Source: Tubiluchus corallicola (taxonomy: Eukaryota > Animalia > Priapulida). Taken from it: 64,000 nt of DNA. The DNA lies in the NCBI GenBank assembly GCA_030141605.1, contig JAQGDQ010000276.1:124001-188000 (forward strand), written 5' to 3'. Both the position numbers and the translations under genes were made by a program. The notes under the pieces were generated by a model, which was not told where the DNA came from, did not search any database, and worked only from the letters and a program-made list of their open reading frames with translations. This document shows, piece by piece, positions 27,301-39,797 of this stretch. Within the stretch, counting starts at the first letter, position 1, and every line of letters begins with the position of its first letter.

Positions 27301-30300
27301 GGGCTAATAGATAGGCAGCTCTATTAAAATTTGGCACTTTGGCAGCTCGATATTCCAGCTGGTAAGTGCATACTCACTCATGTAGGACGCAATAATCTTC
27401 TTTTCCAGCATGACCAAAACGACACGCTTTCCCAGAAAATACTAATTTTAGAAACTTATGTTTTGCCGCATGCTCCGGCCTAAAATTTTCAATCTATTGT
27501 TCTGACCAGTTTACTAAAGCTTCTATAATAGCAAATATGGTACTTCAATGTTTTGCTGCCAAAACGCCAACATTCTCTTAACATCATATAAGTCATTCCT
27601 TCAGCCTTTGCTGGAACACTGCACCTTGGGTGGAGTCCAGATAATGTAACTGTTATTCATAAAACCAAGAGTGTACAATGATATTTCACAAGGTAATTAT
27701 ATGTGAAATGTGGGTTACCTTTTGTTAATTAATTATACTAGAAGGCTTGATTATTTGATACTAAAGCTTGAAACCAGGCACCAGTTTTTGTTGTCATGGG
27801 CTTACTGATTCAAGTTTTAACAATTTTTTCACATGTACCTAGTCTCCATTTAAGGGGCGACAATTAACTAGCCCGAAATGAGAGGCACTCCCTTGCCACG
27901 GCACACGCACGCACATACGTTTCACTTGTGCATATTTGTAAAATGTACAAACTTTAGTAACATGCTATGATTCAGGTGATGATCTTCCGTGGATTCCTTT
28001 CAGTTATTCAACAGTTTTTCTGCAATAGTGCTCTATTGAGACATCACAATATTAAAAACCACCTCACACCACCAACACCACGTATACCACGCCACAAAAC
28101 AGCAGCAACAATAACCATGTGGAAACTGTAAGAAATGACAAGCACCAAAAAATCTGCCCAGTAACGATTAATAAAGTGCAAACATTTTGCATTGTCTTTG
28201 ACTACTGCTGCCAAGTTGATCGTAAAAAGCAGCAGGTACACATGTAGAGTTGCCATGGGCACGAATTTTCAAAAATTTAGTACGCATTGTTTGCCTCACA
28301 ATGAGAAAATGGCAAAGATTTGTATCATGCCTGGTGGCTTTCTTCTTTCCTCAAAGATTATCAAATTATCTTTAATTGTTTATGATCTGATTTATACAAA
28401 TATGCAATTGGCTTTTGGCTTGAATAAATAATCTAATCTAATCCAATATAATTTAAGATTCTATTTAAACACATAACATACACATAACACATAAGATACC
28501 TAGAACACAAAAAGTGCTAGCCATCAGTATATTTATACAGATAAGTGTGCATGGCATAGTTTGCATAAGTTCGATTGCTAATCACAGTAACATGTAAATT
28601 ATGTAAATGCCAATTCTACATCACAGTTAGACAAAGTACTTTTTAAAGCTTTTATAATTACATTAAATCCCAAATGTTGCAAAAACATGTTTGGTGCATT
28701 CCAACAAAAGCTTAAGTGTGTAAACCCAACTTATATCTGCCTCTGTTGCCCACTAGTTAGTTGATGAAAATTTCTGGCATAATTTAAAAACGAAGATTTG
28801 CAATACTATATAAGCAGGTAATTCGCATGAAACAAGATACGACATTTCATTATCACAATTTAATTCAAAAATATTTCAAGTGAAAATGTATTCTGAAATA
28901 AAAACCTATTTGCATTTGCTGCTAGTGGCAAGTTCCAGTAGTTTTTGGAATTTTTACGATTGCTGTAATTCAACATTTTTCAATTCTGCCACACCTGTTG
29001 ACAAAAAAACTAAAAATGACAATTTCAATAAATGCCAAAAAGCTACATCATCACCAAATTTTACGTGCCTGTATTACTGCCATCAAGTAAGAACACTGGT
29101 GGTAATCCGACCTCAGGAACCAGACACTGCAACCGAGAGCCACCATCTGTTACCATTTTTACAATTTGCTGTTTTGATGATAAACCACCTCGTGGTGAAT
29201 TGTCTCCTGTGTTAAATGTAAAATAAAGATTTACTTTTTTGCTCAATGCATTATGTTTATTAAAACGCAATATTAAACATGTTAAAAATGAAATCGCTGG
29301 TTATTACAGCCAGTGGAGTATTTACTGCAATATTTCTTGTTATAGCAATAAGGTACTACACTAGTAAAAATGAATCACCATAGCCATTATGTTCATACCA
29401 TAAGAAAAGTTATAATCACTATCTTACATATCAATTTACCCATCAATTCCTGTTTTAAGAATAACTAACTTACAAAATGTTCACCTTGTCAAATTCAACT
29501 AATAAAGTAAAACTCAGTATACTGAGTACAGATAAATCTTCAAAATTGTCTTTGTGTGACAAGTTTAAATTAATCGTGATCATTTTCTCGATGCTTGATG
29601 AATGCTGTTGGCTTCATTTCAAGCTTGGGTTATACCAAACCAATTAAAAACGGTCTCTGTTAAAATGTCTGAACTCAGCATAATAATAACAAATAATTGA
29701 CACTATTGCTGATGTTGCTTACCAATCCTTGGTCCAACTGGGTAAGAGGGACATACATGTAGACTGTAGAATGCAGTTGTAATCTAGCAACACTGACTAT
29801 ACTTTCTCTCCTAACTCGTTCTCAAGGGCTCACTTATTGTTAAAATGTAAAATCAAATAGACTAAATATCACATTTCACTAATTGGTTACCAACCTGGAG
29901 GGGTTAATGGCGAAATGACCCTCTTTTGTCCTGCTACACGTCTTAGTGGACGATGATCTTGTGAGCCATCTATTTCAGTTAAGTCACCACCTGGACGAAT
30001 ACCATCAGAAAACATAACTTGCTTTCTCTCTCCAGGAATACTCACTTTCTTTGAGCCTGATTAACAGTGACAATTATTAATTGTAACCCTTTTTGCAACT
30101 ATTTTGAAAGCATGATTTCACCTAATCTTCATACTGTCAGTGGCTTATCATAATTGTTAAACAAATTTTATTTAGATGATTTACTAGTTACTACAGCACT
30201 TGTACATGTTCAAATAACAAACAACTAACATGCGATTAGAACGTATGTAATTGTTTGCACACGGGCTAGAAAGACGGCTTACAAATCTTTTGAGATCTCA

Positions 30301-33300
30301 CTGGATTAGGGCTTGCTACCAATAAGCTACGCTGTGCACACAGGAAAAAACAGTCTAGAGGTTATGTACCATTGCGCTCACATTTTCCTTTGTTGTACGG
30401 TTATGACAAAAAAGAACTATTTAAGCTGGACCACCAAGACCCAAAAACATATGCAAACAGGATGAAATGCTCTTAAAAAAACAGGGATGTCAAGAGTTCA
30501 TTTACACAAATACATTGTTCCACTTTGGTTCAAAAATCTAAATAGAGCTTAGAATTATTTTGCTAGAACCCACAAACCTATTAGCGTAAAACTTCAATTT
30601 CACTGTTTGGCATAAGCAAACTAAATTATATTTACTTTTTAACAAAAAAGACCTTGATAAACAATTAAAGTGTTAAAACACTGCTGATGCATTAAGCATA
30701 GCTGAAAAGTGCATAACATTTTGTGCATACTATCAAGAAAATAAACTAGGCATTCAGATGATACAAAAAATGAAGTTACAATTACAAAATACCTATTTAC
30801 CTTGAAATTAGAGAAGGGCAGACAGATAGATGAAAACTAAAGTCACTGTTAAGAGATTGCTTAGAAAAAATTACACAAGCCAAGTGCAAGTATGCATCAG
30901 ATAAACAGCCATTAATGATTATAATACTCATCTTATTTTGTGCTTCTTATTCACTAAAAAAATGATCGTTTGCCAATATTTGATCAACTTTTAAAATACG
31001 ATTGCATTGTTCACTGCGACTGGTAATTTTAATACAGCGATAATATAAATTAATTTTACAGAAAGTTACTTTGCACTTTTTTGCTTTACTTTTTAAAGTT
31101 ATAGTGATAGCAATAAAATAAATCCAACATGATAAATTACGCGTCTTTTGCTTTTAACTATGCCTAGCAAAACAGACATTAGGTATGAGCAAAAAAATAG
31201 CGCAACCAATAAATGAAAAAACTAGACTAACACTACAACCAAGCGCATGGGTTTATTTTAGCGAAGCCAGTAAAACTTTAAATAAGAATTTAGGAAGGTA
31301 TATTTCGTCATAGCATAGTAAGAACAAAGTAACAAACAATAGTTAGGTGTGCCAGAAAAGTATATAACAAAGTGGTTAAAGCATTCCATACCTGACGTAC
31401 CTTCAGTTTTTAATACTCCGACCGGGACCATGACGGTAGGTGGTGGCTGATTCAAGTTTTCCTGAGCTTGTTGTAATGGCGGTATAGTTGAGCAATATTC
31501 ACTTGGGTTGTTAGGATTAGGCGTATTCTGTGTTGGGGTGTTCATGTGTTCCAAAGCTTGCACTAATCGTTAAAGAAGATACCATTCAAATAATAGAAAT
31601 TCACAATAAAAAAAGAAAACTAAAACTTGTAAACCACATGGTCAAATTAAATACTCAGTAACTTCAAAAATAAAATTGCATAGTAGAAATACAAAAGAAC
31701 TCACCGTATCATGCTTTGTAAGCATAATTCTTGAAAAACTATTTTAGAGACATGGTAACAATGCCAAAGTTTAGTTTCCAGCAAAAAGACTATATTCATT
31801 GTTTGGTAACTCAATAATTTCATTTGTTTTGACTATTAGTTCTACATAGTACAGAAAAGTTCAAAAATTAACTCAAATTGTTAATTAGATTATGGCTGTC
31901 AAAAAACCATTGCAGTTTATTTCACAACTACTACCCTTATGGTTAACGAAATGAAGAAAGAAGACCCTGAAAAATTGTGAACCAGTTGAGACTTGAACAC
32001 GAGACTCTGGGACATTAGAACTCCCATGCTTTGCTATCGAGTTATTGGTTCAGTACGACACAACAGGCCTCAATTCTCATCATTGCAGCACACAGTCCAA
32101 CAATGCCACCTGTACCCTTATCACAGCAGGGAGACACTTTTGGTATCGATTCTTCTAATTAACTGGCGATTATGATTTGAAAGCTAGAAGTTAATAAACC
32201 ATTGTAGTTTACTTGACAACAACTTACTAACCTTGTGGCCAATGCAAAAAATTGCCAAAAGTGTCTCCCTACTGTGATGTGGTCACGTTAATGCTAATGG
32301 ATTGTGTACTGTTAGGAAGAGAATTTAGACTGCTGTATCATACTGAACCAGTAGCTCAGGTTGCACAGCGCGGGAATTCTAATCTGAGATTTAAGTAATG
32401 ACTGGTTCACAATTTTCAGCATCTCCTTTCTTCACCTTGTTAGGCCTCACAAAATATTGCTTAGTCAGGGTAACCCATCCGACCCTAATTTTGAAGAACA
32501 AGTGTAAACATTTTATTGACAATGCAGTGGGGAAAAATTACTTTTCTAAAAATACAGGGAAAAAACAAAATTATAACACAACGTACATTCGATGGTATAA
32601 AACAATACAAAATGACAGTTCTTTAACACTGCCACTGATGCCTTTGTCAGAAATTAGTTCAATTCAAACACAATTTACTTTCTTTTTATACACAGTCTAA
32701 ATGACAAAAGTGGCAAATTGGCAATCAAGTTCATCAAATCCACAGATAATTTTGGTTACACCTAAGTCTGGCTTAGTCTGCACTATTTGTTTATGAAAAG
32801 TGATGTGTAACACAGCATAAGCATGTAGCCATAATGGCTATTCATTTTCTGATAACAAGGTTAATGTAGGTAATACTACAAAAGATAAAATAAATAAATA
32901 AAAAACCTGACCCATTCAAATTTTTTAGAGACCCACTTAAGTGGGCAAAAACATGCATAAACATTTTCAAGCATTTGCATAAATCTTTCATCTGACACAT
33001 TATCAAGTGTCAAAATGTGCCCAAAGTCATACCTCTGTTCATGGTTGTATAACAATCTTGGCAAACCCTAGCTTCTTTGTTACTAAGATAGGCCAGCTTA
33101 GCCTTCATATTACAACAGTTGCCGCAAAGTACCTGTAAAATTTTCATTTTATTTCAACAGAGTAAGAAAAATAATTGATAATTCTATGATTAAACAAATG
33201 TGCAGTATGGATACCTGGAGAATACATGAAAAAAATAACGAAAGCTGAATACACACTTTTATAGAAGAAACTGCAAAATTATAAAAGTAGCCTACTATAA

Positions 33301-36300
33301 TACGTTTTCAGTACATTAGAAAGACAAAAAAAATATTGACAAATCATAAATCATATCATTAAGGAAACAACATGCTATCAATATTCATAAATACATTTAC
33401 AAAAGTGAAAGTGCACTTATTTATTTGGATGTATGTATGTACATTTATTAGCTTTCCATAGCCAAGCAACTAAATTGATTATGATCAAATTTGTTATGGT
33501 GGCAAAGCAAATTAGAGAATGTGATATAGCCCATTTTTTGTTCCTAAAAATGCAATGGTATAAAAATTGGTCACACTTTTTAGAAACTTTGGCTGTACAC
33601 ATAATTCTATATGATGTTAGAGTATAAGGCTGCAAATTTTTAAGAAAGCTCAAACTGTTGATTTGTATATAAAATGACAGGCCAATGCTGGAAGTGTCTA
33701 CAAAACAGAAAAATTACTTTATCTTTCTTTTTGTGTTGAGCAAGCTACAATCTATCAACTTTCATTTACTAGCTATAACTGGATTGACAAAAACTATGCC
33801 AGATGACTACTTACTTATACTTATATAATTGTGCAAGCCTAACAAGAACACCAACAACTTTAGGTTTTTCAACTATTATTATATGCATAAAACATCAAGA
33901 AAGTATACTTTAGCTACATCACATTGTTCTAATGTAAAGACCAGCAATATAATTTATGAATTGTAAAATGTTACTCACCCTCCCGCAAGCGCGACAGTGA
34001 TGCCTCCGTTTTGTCAAAGTAAACTTCAATTGGCATTTCATGCAACTCGGAGCTTCACTATCAGGTACCCAATATGGTCTAAGCTTGCCTAATCGCTTTT
34101 CCTCAGGACTAATTGTACTTAGTCCCTCAGTAAATGGAGCTAAAAAATCATCAGATGTATTGCTCACTCCATCTAAAACAACATAATTTCAATAGTGCAT
34201 AATTATAGCAAGACCACATTTAACGATATTGTCAATTCATTAAATTGAATTTCTCACAAATTTCACATTTTTAAAACCTTAATGAAATATAGTACTAGGT
34301 GTAGCATTAAGAGAATTGAGACTACACACATATAGATCATAAACATTATATGGTAAGCAAAAATGGACAAATTATATTAACTACGACTGGCATTAATTAG
34401 CAAAATATTAGAAAAATTTATAGAACAAAGGACTTGCAAAAAATTTATTTTAGCAGTCCTAGTGCTGAGGATGCCCTAGATGGCAAAAATATATTCGAAT
34501 GGGAAACTTAAAATATAGTGTTGATGATTAATTATGCTAAATTTTATTATACGTTGTATATAAGACAGAGCAATATTGTAGAATATTATTATTTAAAACA
34601 CACCTGTTACTCTAGCTCCTTCAGATGTAGAACTCTGATCAGAAAGTTCTTCCACATTCAAGTCTAGCTCTTCTGGTTGAGCAGTATCGGCAGCTATTGG
34701 TACAAACTTGCCCCTTGTTGGAATGTTCAGTGACGTAGGTCTTTGCTGTGTGACAGAACCTGCACTGTACTGCTCGCCTTCAGTCACTCCAGTATTATCT
34801 TTTATCGTTTTATCTACTGCCGAGTTTTGGGTGTTTTTAGCATCAGTAGGGTCATTATCCTGAAGCAACCCCGGAACAGTTATCAATCTGTCATCAGAAC
34901 TTTCTGATCTTCTTGGGTCCACGACAACAGGTACATGTCGACCATGATGTGCACTAATATGTGACTGCGAATGAGCGGGACAGACAACACTGGGAGTTTC
35001 ATTCATTTCATTTGACGATACCTCATCAACCGGAGAAAACACTGTAGGTTGTAAAGTATCAGTGTCGGACTCCATCGGATAGTGTTCTTCAATCACAACC
35101 TGTAGTTTATTATCGTCCATGGTAACATCGCTCCACTGGGCTTTTCTGCTTGCTACAGGTCTAGCAATAGTCTTTGAATCAGGCTGTTGTAATGTAATCT
35201 GTGCTTCAACTGGATAATGTTCAGACACATCATTAGCTAAAAGAGCAGTGTTGCATGGTGCTAAAGAAAATCCTGCCAATGCTGAACATGTATTTTCTGG
35301 CAGCGGTAAACAAACCACAGTTTTATCTCCTTCAGCAGCCAGTTTTTCTCTTTTTGTGAGGTCACCAGGAAGTGGTTCATTAATCAGCTTGTCCAAAATG
35401 GTTCCTCCATCTTGCTGAAACCACTTCTGTTTTGGCCTAGCTCCATGGTGAACTATTCGACCACAAATACCATTCACAAACTTATTATCGGTTGATTTGC
35501 TGTCCTCTACTACATGAGCATGGTGGGTAGGTGAAGGTGGAGGAGCCGGAGCTAGTCTGTCAAAATCTGAATTTCCTTCTTCCATATCACTGTTGGAAAC
35601 ATTTGCATAAACATCATCTGTAGTGCTTACTGCAGGTTTGTCCTTTGTCATTGCCACCAAATCAGATGACACTGAACCTATTCCTGAATCATTGCTATTC
35701 ATTAAACGAGGGCTAAAATTTTGGAATTCTGGTTTTATGTTAGACAGTAAAGCTTCTAATTCGCTGTCACAAATATCAATATCATCAACTGAATCGAAAC
35801 CCACAACATCTTTATTTTCACTTTTTCCTCCATCCAAATCATGTTTCTTATTTTCTGAAAAACTTGATATGCTTTCCTTGATTCTATAAGCATCAGCTTC
35901 TGAGACTGCAGCTTGATTTGAGATGCTCGACTGAGAAAGTGCTTCACCTTCACTTACTTTAGAATGAAACTGGCGAGAGCCATCTTCGAACGTGTTGTAC
36001 CCAGAGTCACATTTTGGTGTATGCAATTCTGCGTTTGACACTTCACTAAAACCTTTGGTCAAGTTATTTTCTCCAACAGAAACCTTTAAATCGTCTACCT
36101 TTGCTTTACCATGCAAACTTTGTGAATCAAGTTGCTCATTTTGTACCAAAGGTAAAACTGGTTTATTAGCCAAGAGATCTACACCACTCTTTTCTAACAA
36201 CAGTTTATCCACTGTCTGATCATTTGAGAGAGTTTTTAATGCACCGTCAACATAATTTGATGGCAGATTGCTGTGGCAACTGGAAGTGCTACCATCTAAT

Positions 36301-39150
36301 GCTATGTTTGAAACACCAAAATCTAACAAATCTGGAGTACTTAATGCTTTTGAATTACTATCAGGATGTATATCTTTACAAAGGTCACCGTTATTATTTG
36401 GTATGTCATCTAAAGATTTATGCTCCTCTGATATATTAACACTAGTGCTGTTTTGACTCGTTGGTGGTCTAACCTCATTGGCAAGCAAGCTAACCTCTGA
36501 CAATGTGTTTGAAGGAAGCTCTTTATAGCTTTGCTTCAAATCTGTTACGCCATTAACAAATTCTGGTTCTTCGTAAATGTCATACCTCATACTACTCACA
36601 AAAGGAGTTTGTTGGTTTGCTGATAAAGCGTCATTTACAAGTCCTGGTGTTTCTGACACACATTTGTGTGCTAGAATAAGATTGTGTTCGCTGCAGTCAG
36701 ATTTGGGACTTTGCAGTGCTGGAGCAAAATCTTGCGACTGTCCTGGAGAAATAAATGTAGCCTGATCTGTAATATTAATAATTAAAATTACTAAGTTTTG
36801 ACATAGTAGAGAACAGGAAATTGCATATTGTACCATAAAATGTATCTTAGAGTACCAATTTTAAACTTTTGACAACTTCCAATAAGACCAAGTAAAAAAA
36901 TTAGCCTATTCATGAAATTATTCAGGAATTTAAATGCACTGTCATATCATTGAATCATTGGAGCTCAAATATTTTGTTAATCAGACAATATATATCTATA
37001 TATGCATATATAAAGTATAAGAAGTAATTTCATTTCTCAGATCAGCAAATATTAATCTACCATAGAGACGAAACAAAACTTTCCGAAATTGTTCAACAGC
37101 TGAAAGCATTTTACTTACCATAGACAACAGTAACTCAGAGCTCAAAAGTATACAATTTGAAAAACACAACACTCTAAATTATCTGAAGGGTAAAAAATTG
37201 TATTTACACTGCTTCATATACATTTCCATTGCGCTGTACTATACTGACATAACTGATTTAATGCCCAAACCTATAAATGTCACTGAGTGACAGTAATTTC
37301 TCTCAGGATACCAAAAATAAATCAAACTAAAATGTGGACACAGCCATACAATTATGTTCTTGACATGTCAATTGAAAAATTCGTTTCAAGCTCCAAGCAA
37401 GATGTAATTCGAGCAATCAACCTACTGCCAGTATAATCTGCTTATAACGAGTTTCAGGAGACAGTGAAAATTTGCTCACTATAACCGAGACTCGTTGTAG
37501 CCGAAGTCAATTGTCTGAATGTAGGTACAAGATAGAAATGAAACCTGTAAGACGGATATGATGTACCGATGAAGAAAACACTTTGTTCTGAGACTGGCAC
37601 AAGTTTCTTAATGTCACTATCCAGCAAACTTATAATATTTAAACTCTATTATGTATTTTTAGGGTTAATGCAGTAAATTCCTGCTTAAGATCACCAGACA
37701 AGTTGCTTTTCTAAACTGCTACTGTGATTCATAGCCTATGTCTGGCAACAGCTCAGAGCTCTTTGCATGAGTGTTACATAATCGTTTAAGCCTTCACAAG
37801 ATCCTCGTTGTTTGTGTGGGTGGAAAATATGGGCTGGCAGTTTTTCAAGTAGCTGTACAGGTGCAGTATAAGTTATAATTATGAACATTTCAACAGAAGC
37901 CTATACTAACCTATATATGTCATCTAATAACTACATCTATAGTCAGGCTAGCCTATGTGTTAGTTAATATAAATCATAATATTTATTTAAAACAATACTT
38001 ATATTATAAATTAAACTTAAGTTAAAGAATTTCTTATTTTGAAAAGCAAAATGGTTTATTTTTTCAAATACTCGGTTATTGGTGCCTGCTTTACATTAAA
38101 TTGCACTACAGGATTATTCAAGGAGCTGCCAAGTTTGTGAGGCTGTAAGCTAGAATGAGAACACGTTATATCTTTTGTGACGATACGTGTATCATCAAAG
38201 TGCACCAGTATCGCGATAATCTGAATCATTGGTATTTAGCATGTCCCTGACTGACCGCTGAGAAAAACAGTATGAAATAATTCAAGCTTCAGCAGCAGAA
38301 TGTACTGTAGATAAACAATAAGTGCAGTGAGCGCAGAATATGCAGACTTGACACAGGCAGACCTCCTGCTAGCAGCCAGCCACAATGTGTTTATAATGAT
38401 CTATAGGAGACTAATTGCATTTTCGCTTATAAGTTTCTGTAATGGTTTGCAACAAATGTGGTCTAGAAAATGCATCAGTATATTTTTAGTAAAAAGTATT
38501 GAAACGTTTTGCATTTCTGGTGGCTTACAATGCAAGTAATACAAGAGTATACACAAAAATCAAAGATTTGTTTTAGTACTTAGCAATCTCAAAATTGTTT
38601 GATAAAACTAATATATATACATGTGTGTGTGTGTATATAAATATATGTATATTACCTAATATATCAATAGTTTAATCTAGTATCGTGATACGTATTGTAT
38701 CATGAGATTGGTATATCGTGACTTAGGTGTATCATTACAGCCCTAGTAGTTACTACCCATTGTTCTATGCAAGATCATGAAGTTAATCGTCACAATGCAC
38801 AGTGGCCTTTCTGCCCTTGGTGAATGATGCCCATTTGCCCATTGTTTTGTACCCGTTCATTATACGCAAAGAAGTACAAACACGTTGCAGTACAATTCCC
38901 TCATAATAACCAAAAACTCGTAATAACGGAGCTCACTGTAAGACTGGTTTAAATACATTACTTAAGCCTAGGATTTGACGGGATTTTGAAATTTACATGT
39001 AACATCCAGAGCTTCATTAATATATGGATTATACTGCATGTGGTTCATTTTTAAGCCACAAAATTATAATTGCTGATTAGTGGTTTGTTTACCTTCACTG
39101 AGTTCAAAATCATCTAGAACTTTATCCAAGTCAATAGCAAACTTGTCCAT
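18371..39150 (-). CDS. ZFYVE9: Zinc finger FYVE domain protein SARA/endofin (ZFYVE9/ZFYVE16 co-orthologue), 19 coding exons, 1501 aa
   Basis: Exons in transcript order: 39150-39093, 36766-34604, 34172-33979, 33132-33033, 31562-31401, 30056-29895, 29206-29069, 26941-26888, 26738-26670, 25659-25498, 25005-24781, 24443-24361, 23157-23053, 22235-22085, 21861-21700, 21478-21397, 21063-20920, 19296-19158, 18523-18371; total 4506 nt in frame. N-terminal [16 protein letters not shown]; FYVE domain [35 protein letters not shown]...RVCQDC; Smad-binding motif [19 protein letters not shown]; PP1-docking-like KQVMF; C-terminal DUF3480 region ([51 protein letters not shown]-stop). Confidence 0.95.
27135..28445 (+). 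mobile_element. 5'-truncated, decayed CR1/L2-clade LINE in a ZFYVE9 intron (antisense to host)
   Basis: Degenerate RT peptides [28 protein letters not shown] (YADD at 27228-27239), WAN.., PLLEHC..WSP, ESVQ.YFTR-like, with stops and frameshifts. Probable 3' end AATAAAT(AATCT)n at ~28422-28445. Unrelated sequence may be inserted around 27850-28320. Confidence 0.75.
31953..32433. mobile_element. Palindromic (foldback) element with tRNA-like modules in both arms
   Basis: Left arm starts GAAGAAAGAAGACCCTGAAAAATTGTGAACCAGT; right arm ends ACTGGTTCACAATTTTCAGCATCTCCTTTCTTC. Inner ends ATCACAGCAGGGAGACACTTTTGG / CCAAAAGTGTCTCCCTACTGTGAT. Each ~190-bp arm holds a degenerate tRNA cloverleaf with a TTCTAAT anticodon loop. 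Confidence 0.75.
37428..38940. mobile_element. Degenerate pogo/Tigger-like non-autonomous element with a probable nested hAT relic (~38140-38745)
   Basis: Left CAGTATAATCTGCTTATAACGAG...CTCGTTGTAGCCG and right CTCGTAATAACGGAGCTCACTGTA resemble TACAGT...CGTTATAAC pogo-type ends. Internal GTATCG/CGATAC repeats end in ACAGCCCTA (hAT-type end). Confidence 0.45.
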
Positions 39151-39797
39151 GATAGATCTTGCCTGAAAAAATAGAAAATACAGGGTCCATACTATTAATG
39201 ACGTTCCACCAAAATCAAGACCACAACACATTGCGATATGAGCTCTTTACCCCATAGCTACTACTACTGCAGCTACTACTTTATGCCAAAAATGAACTTT
39301 ATTGATATTGCTTTCATATCCTATCATATTATGAACCAAGAACCTAAAAAATACAAAACCTTTGCCCTATTAAGTGTATAAACAACACACCACTTGTTTA
39401 GTTTGCAAATTTCTTATCAGTGCGCAAGCGTGAATGACTCATCCTACAGACGCAAAAATATCAAACTCCAATTGTGATAAAGCCATAACACAGTGACAGT
39501 CACAGATGAGTGAGATATTTTCCCATAGATACAGTTATTTAATCATAGAGTCGTACATATTTTTTATTGGAATAGCTCAATTAATAATACCAAATTCCAA
39601 TCATAGCCTACCTATGGCCACAAGGTTAATTTTAGTAGTTTTAGCATTGTGGTCAGAGCTGCAAATGACAGGACTGCAAATGCAAAATTTTAATAAAAGA
39701 AATGTATTCTACTAAACTCTTCTCTAAGCACAAAGCACTCTGCTCCTATTGTTTTCTAACACTCACCTATAATTCCTTTGCTGTTACCTAATAACAA

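Noticed and set aside
21700-31562. Four ZFYVE9 exons of exactly 162 nt, all phase 1-1
   Set aside because: The encoded peptides are unrelated, so this is not exon duplication; most likely coincidence near a typical exon size.
31975-32055. Functional tRNA-Arg gene
   Set aside because: The D-arm is degenerate, the anticodon loop is enlarged, and it is embedded in an inverted-repeat element; reported as tRNA-like only.
35623-36765. Plus-strand ORFs overlapping the giant ZFYVE9 exon (likewise 42440-43076 over GTF2F1)
   Set aside because: Antisense shadows of real coding exons.
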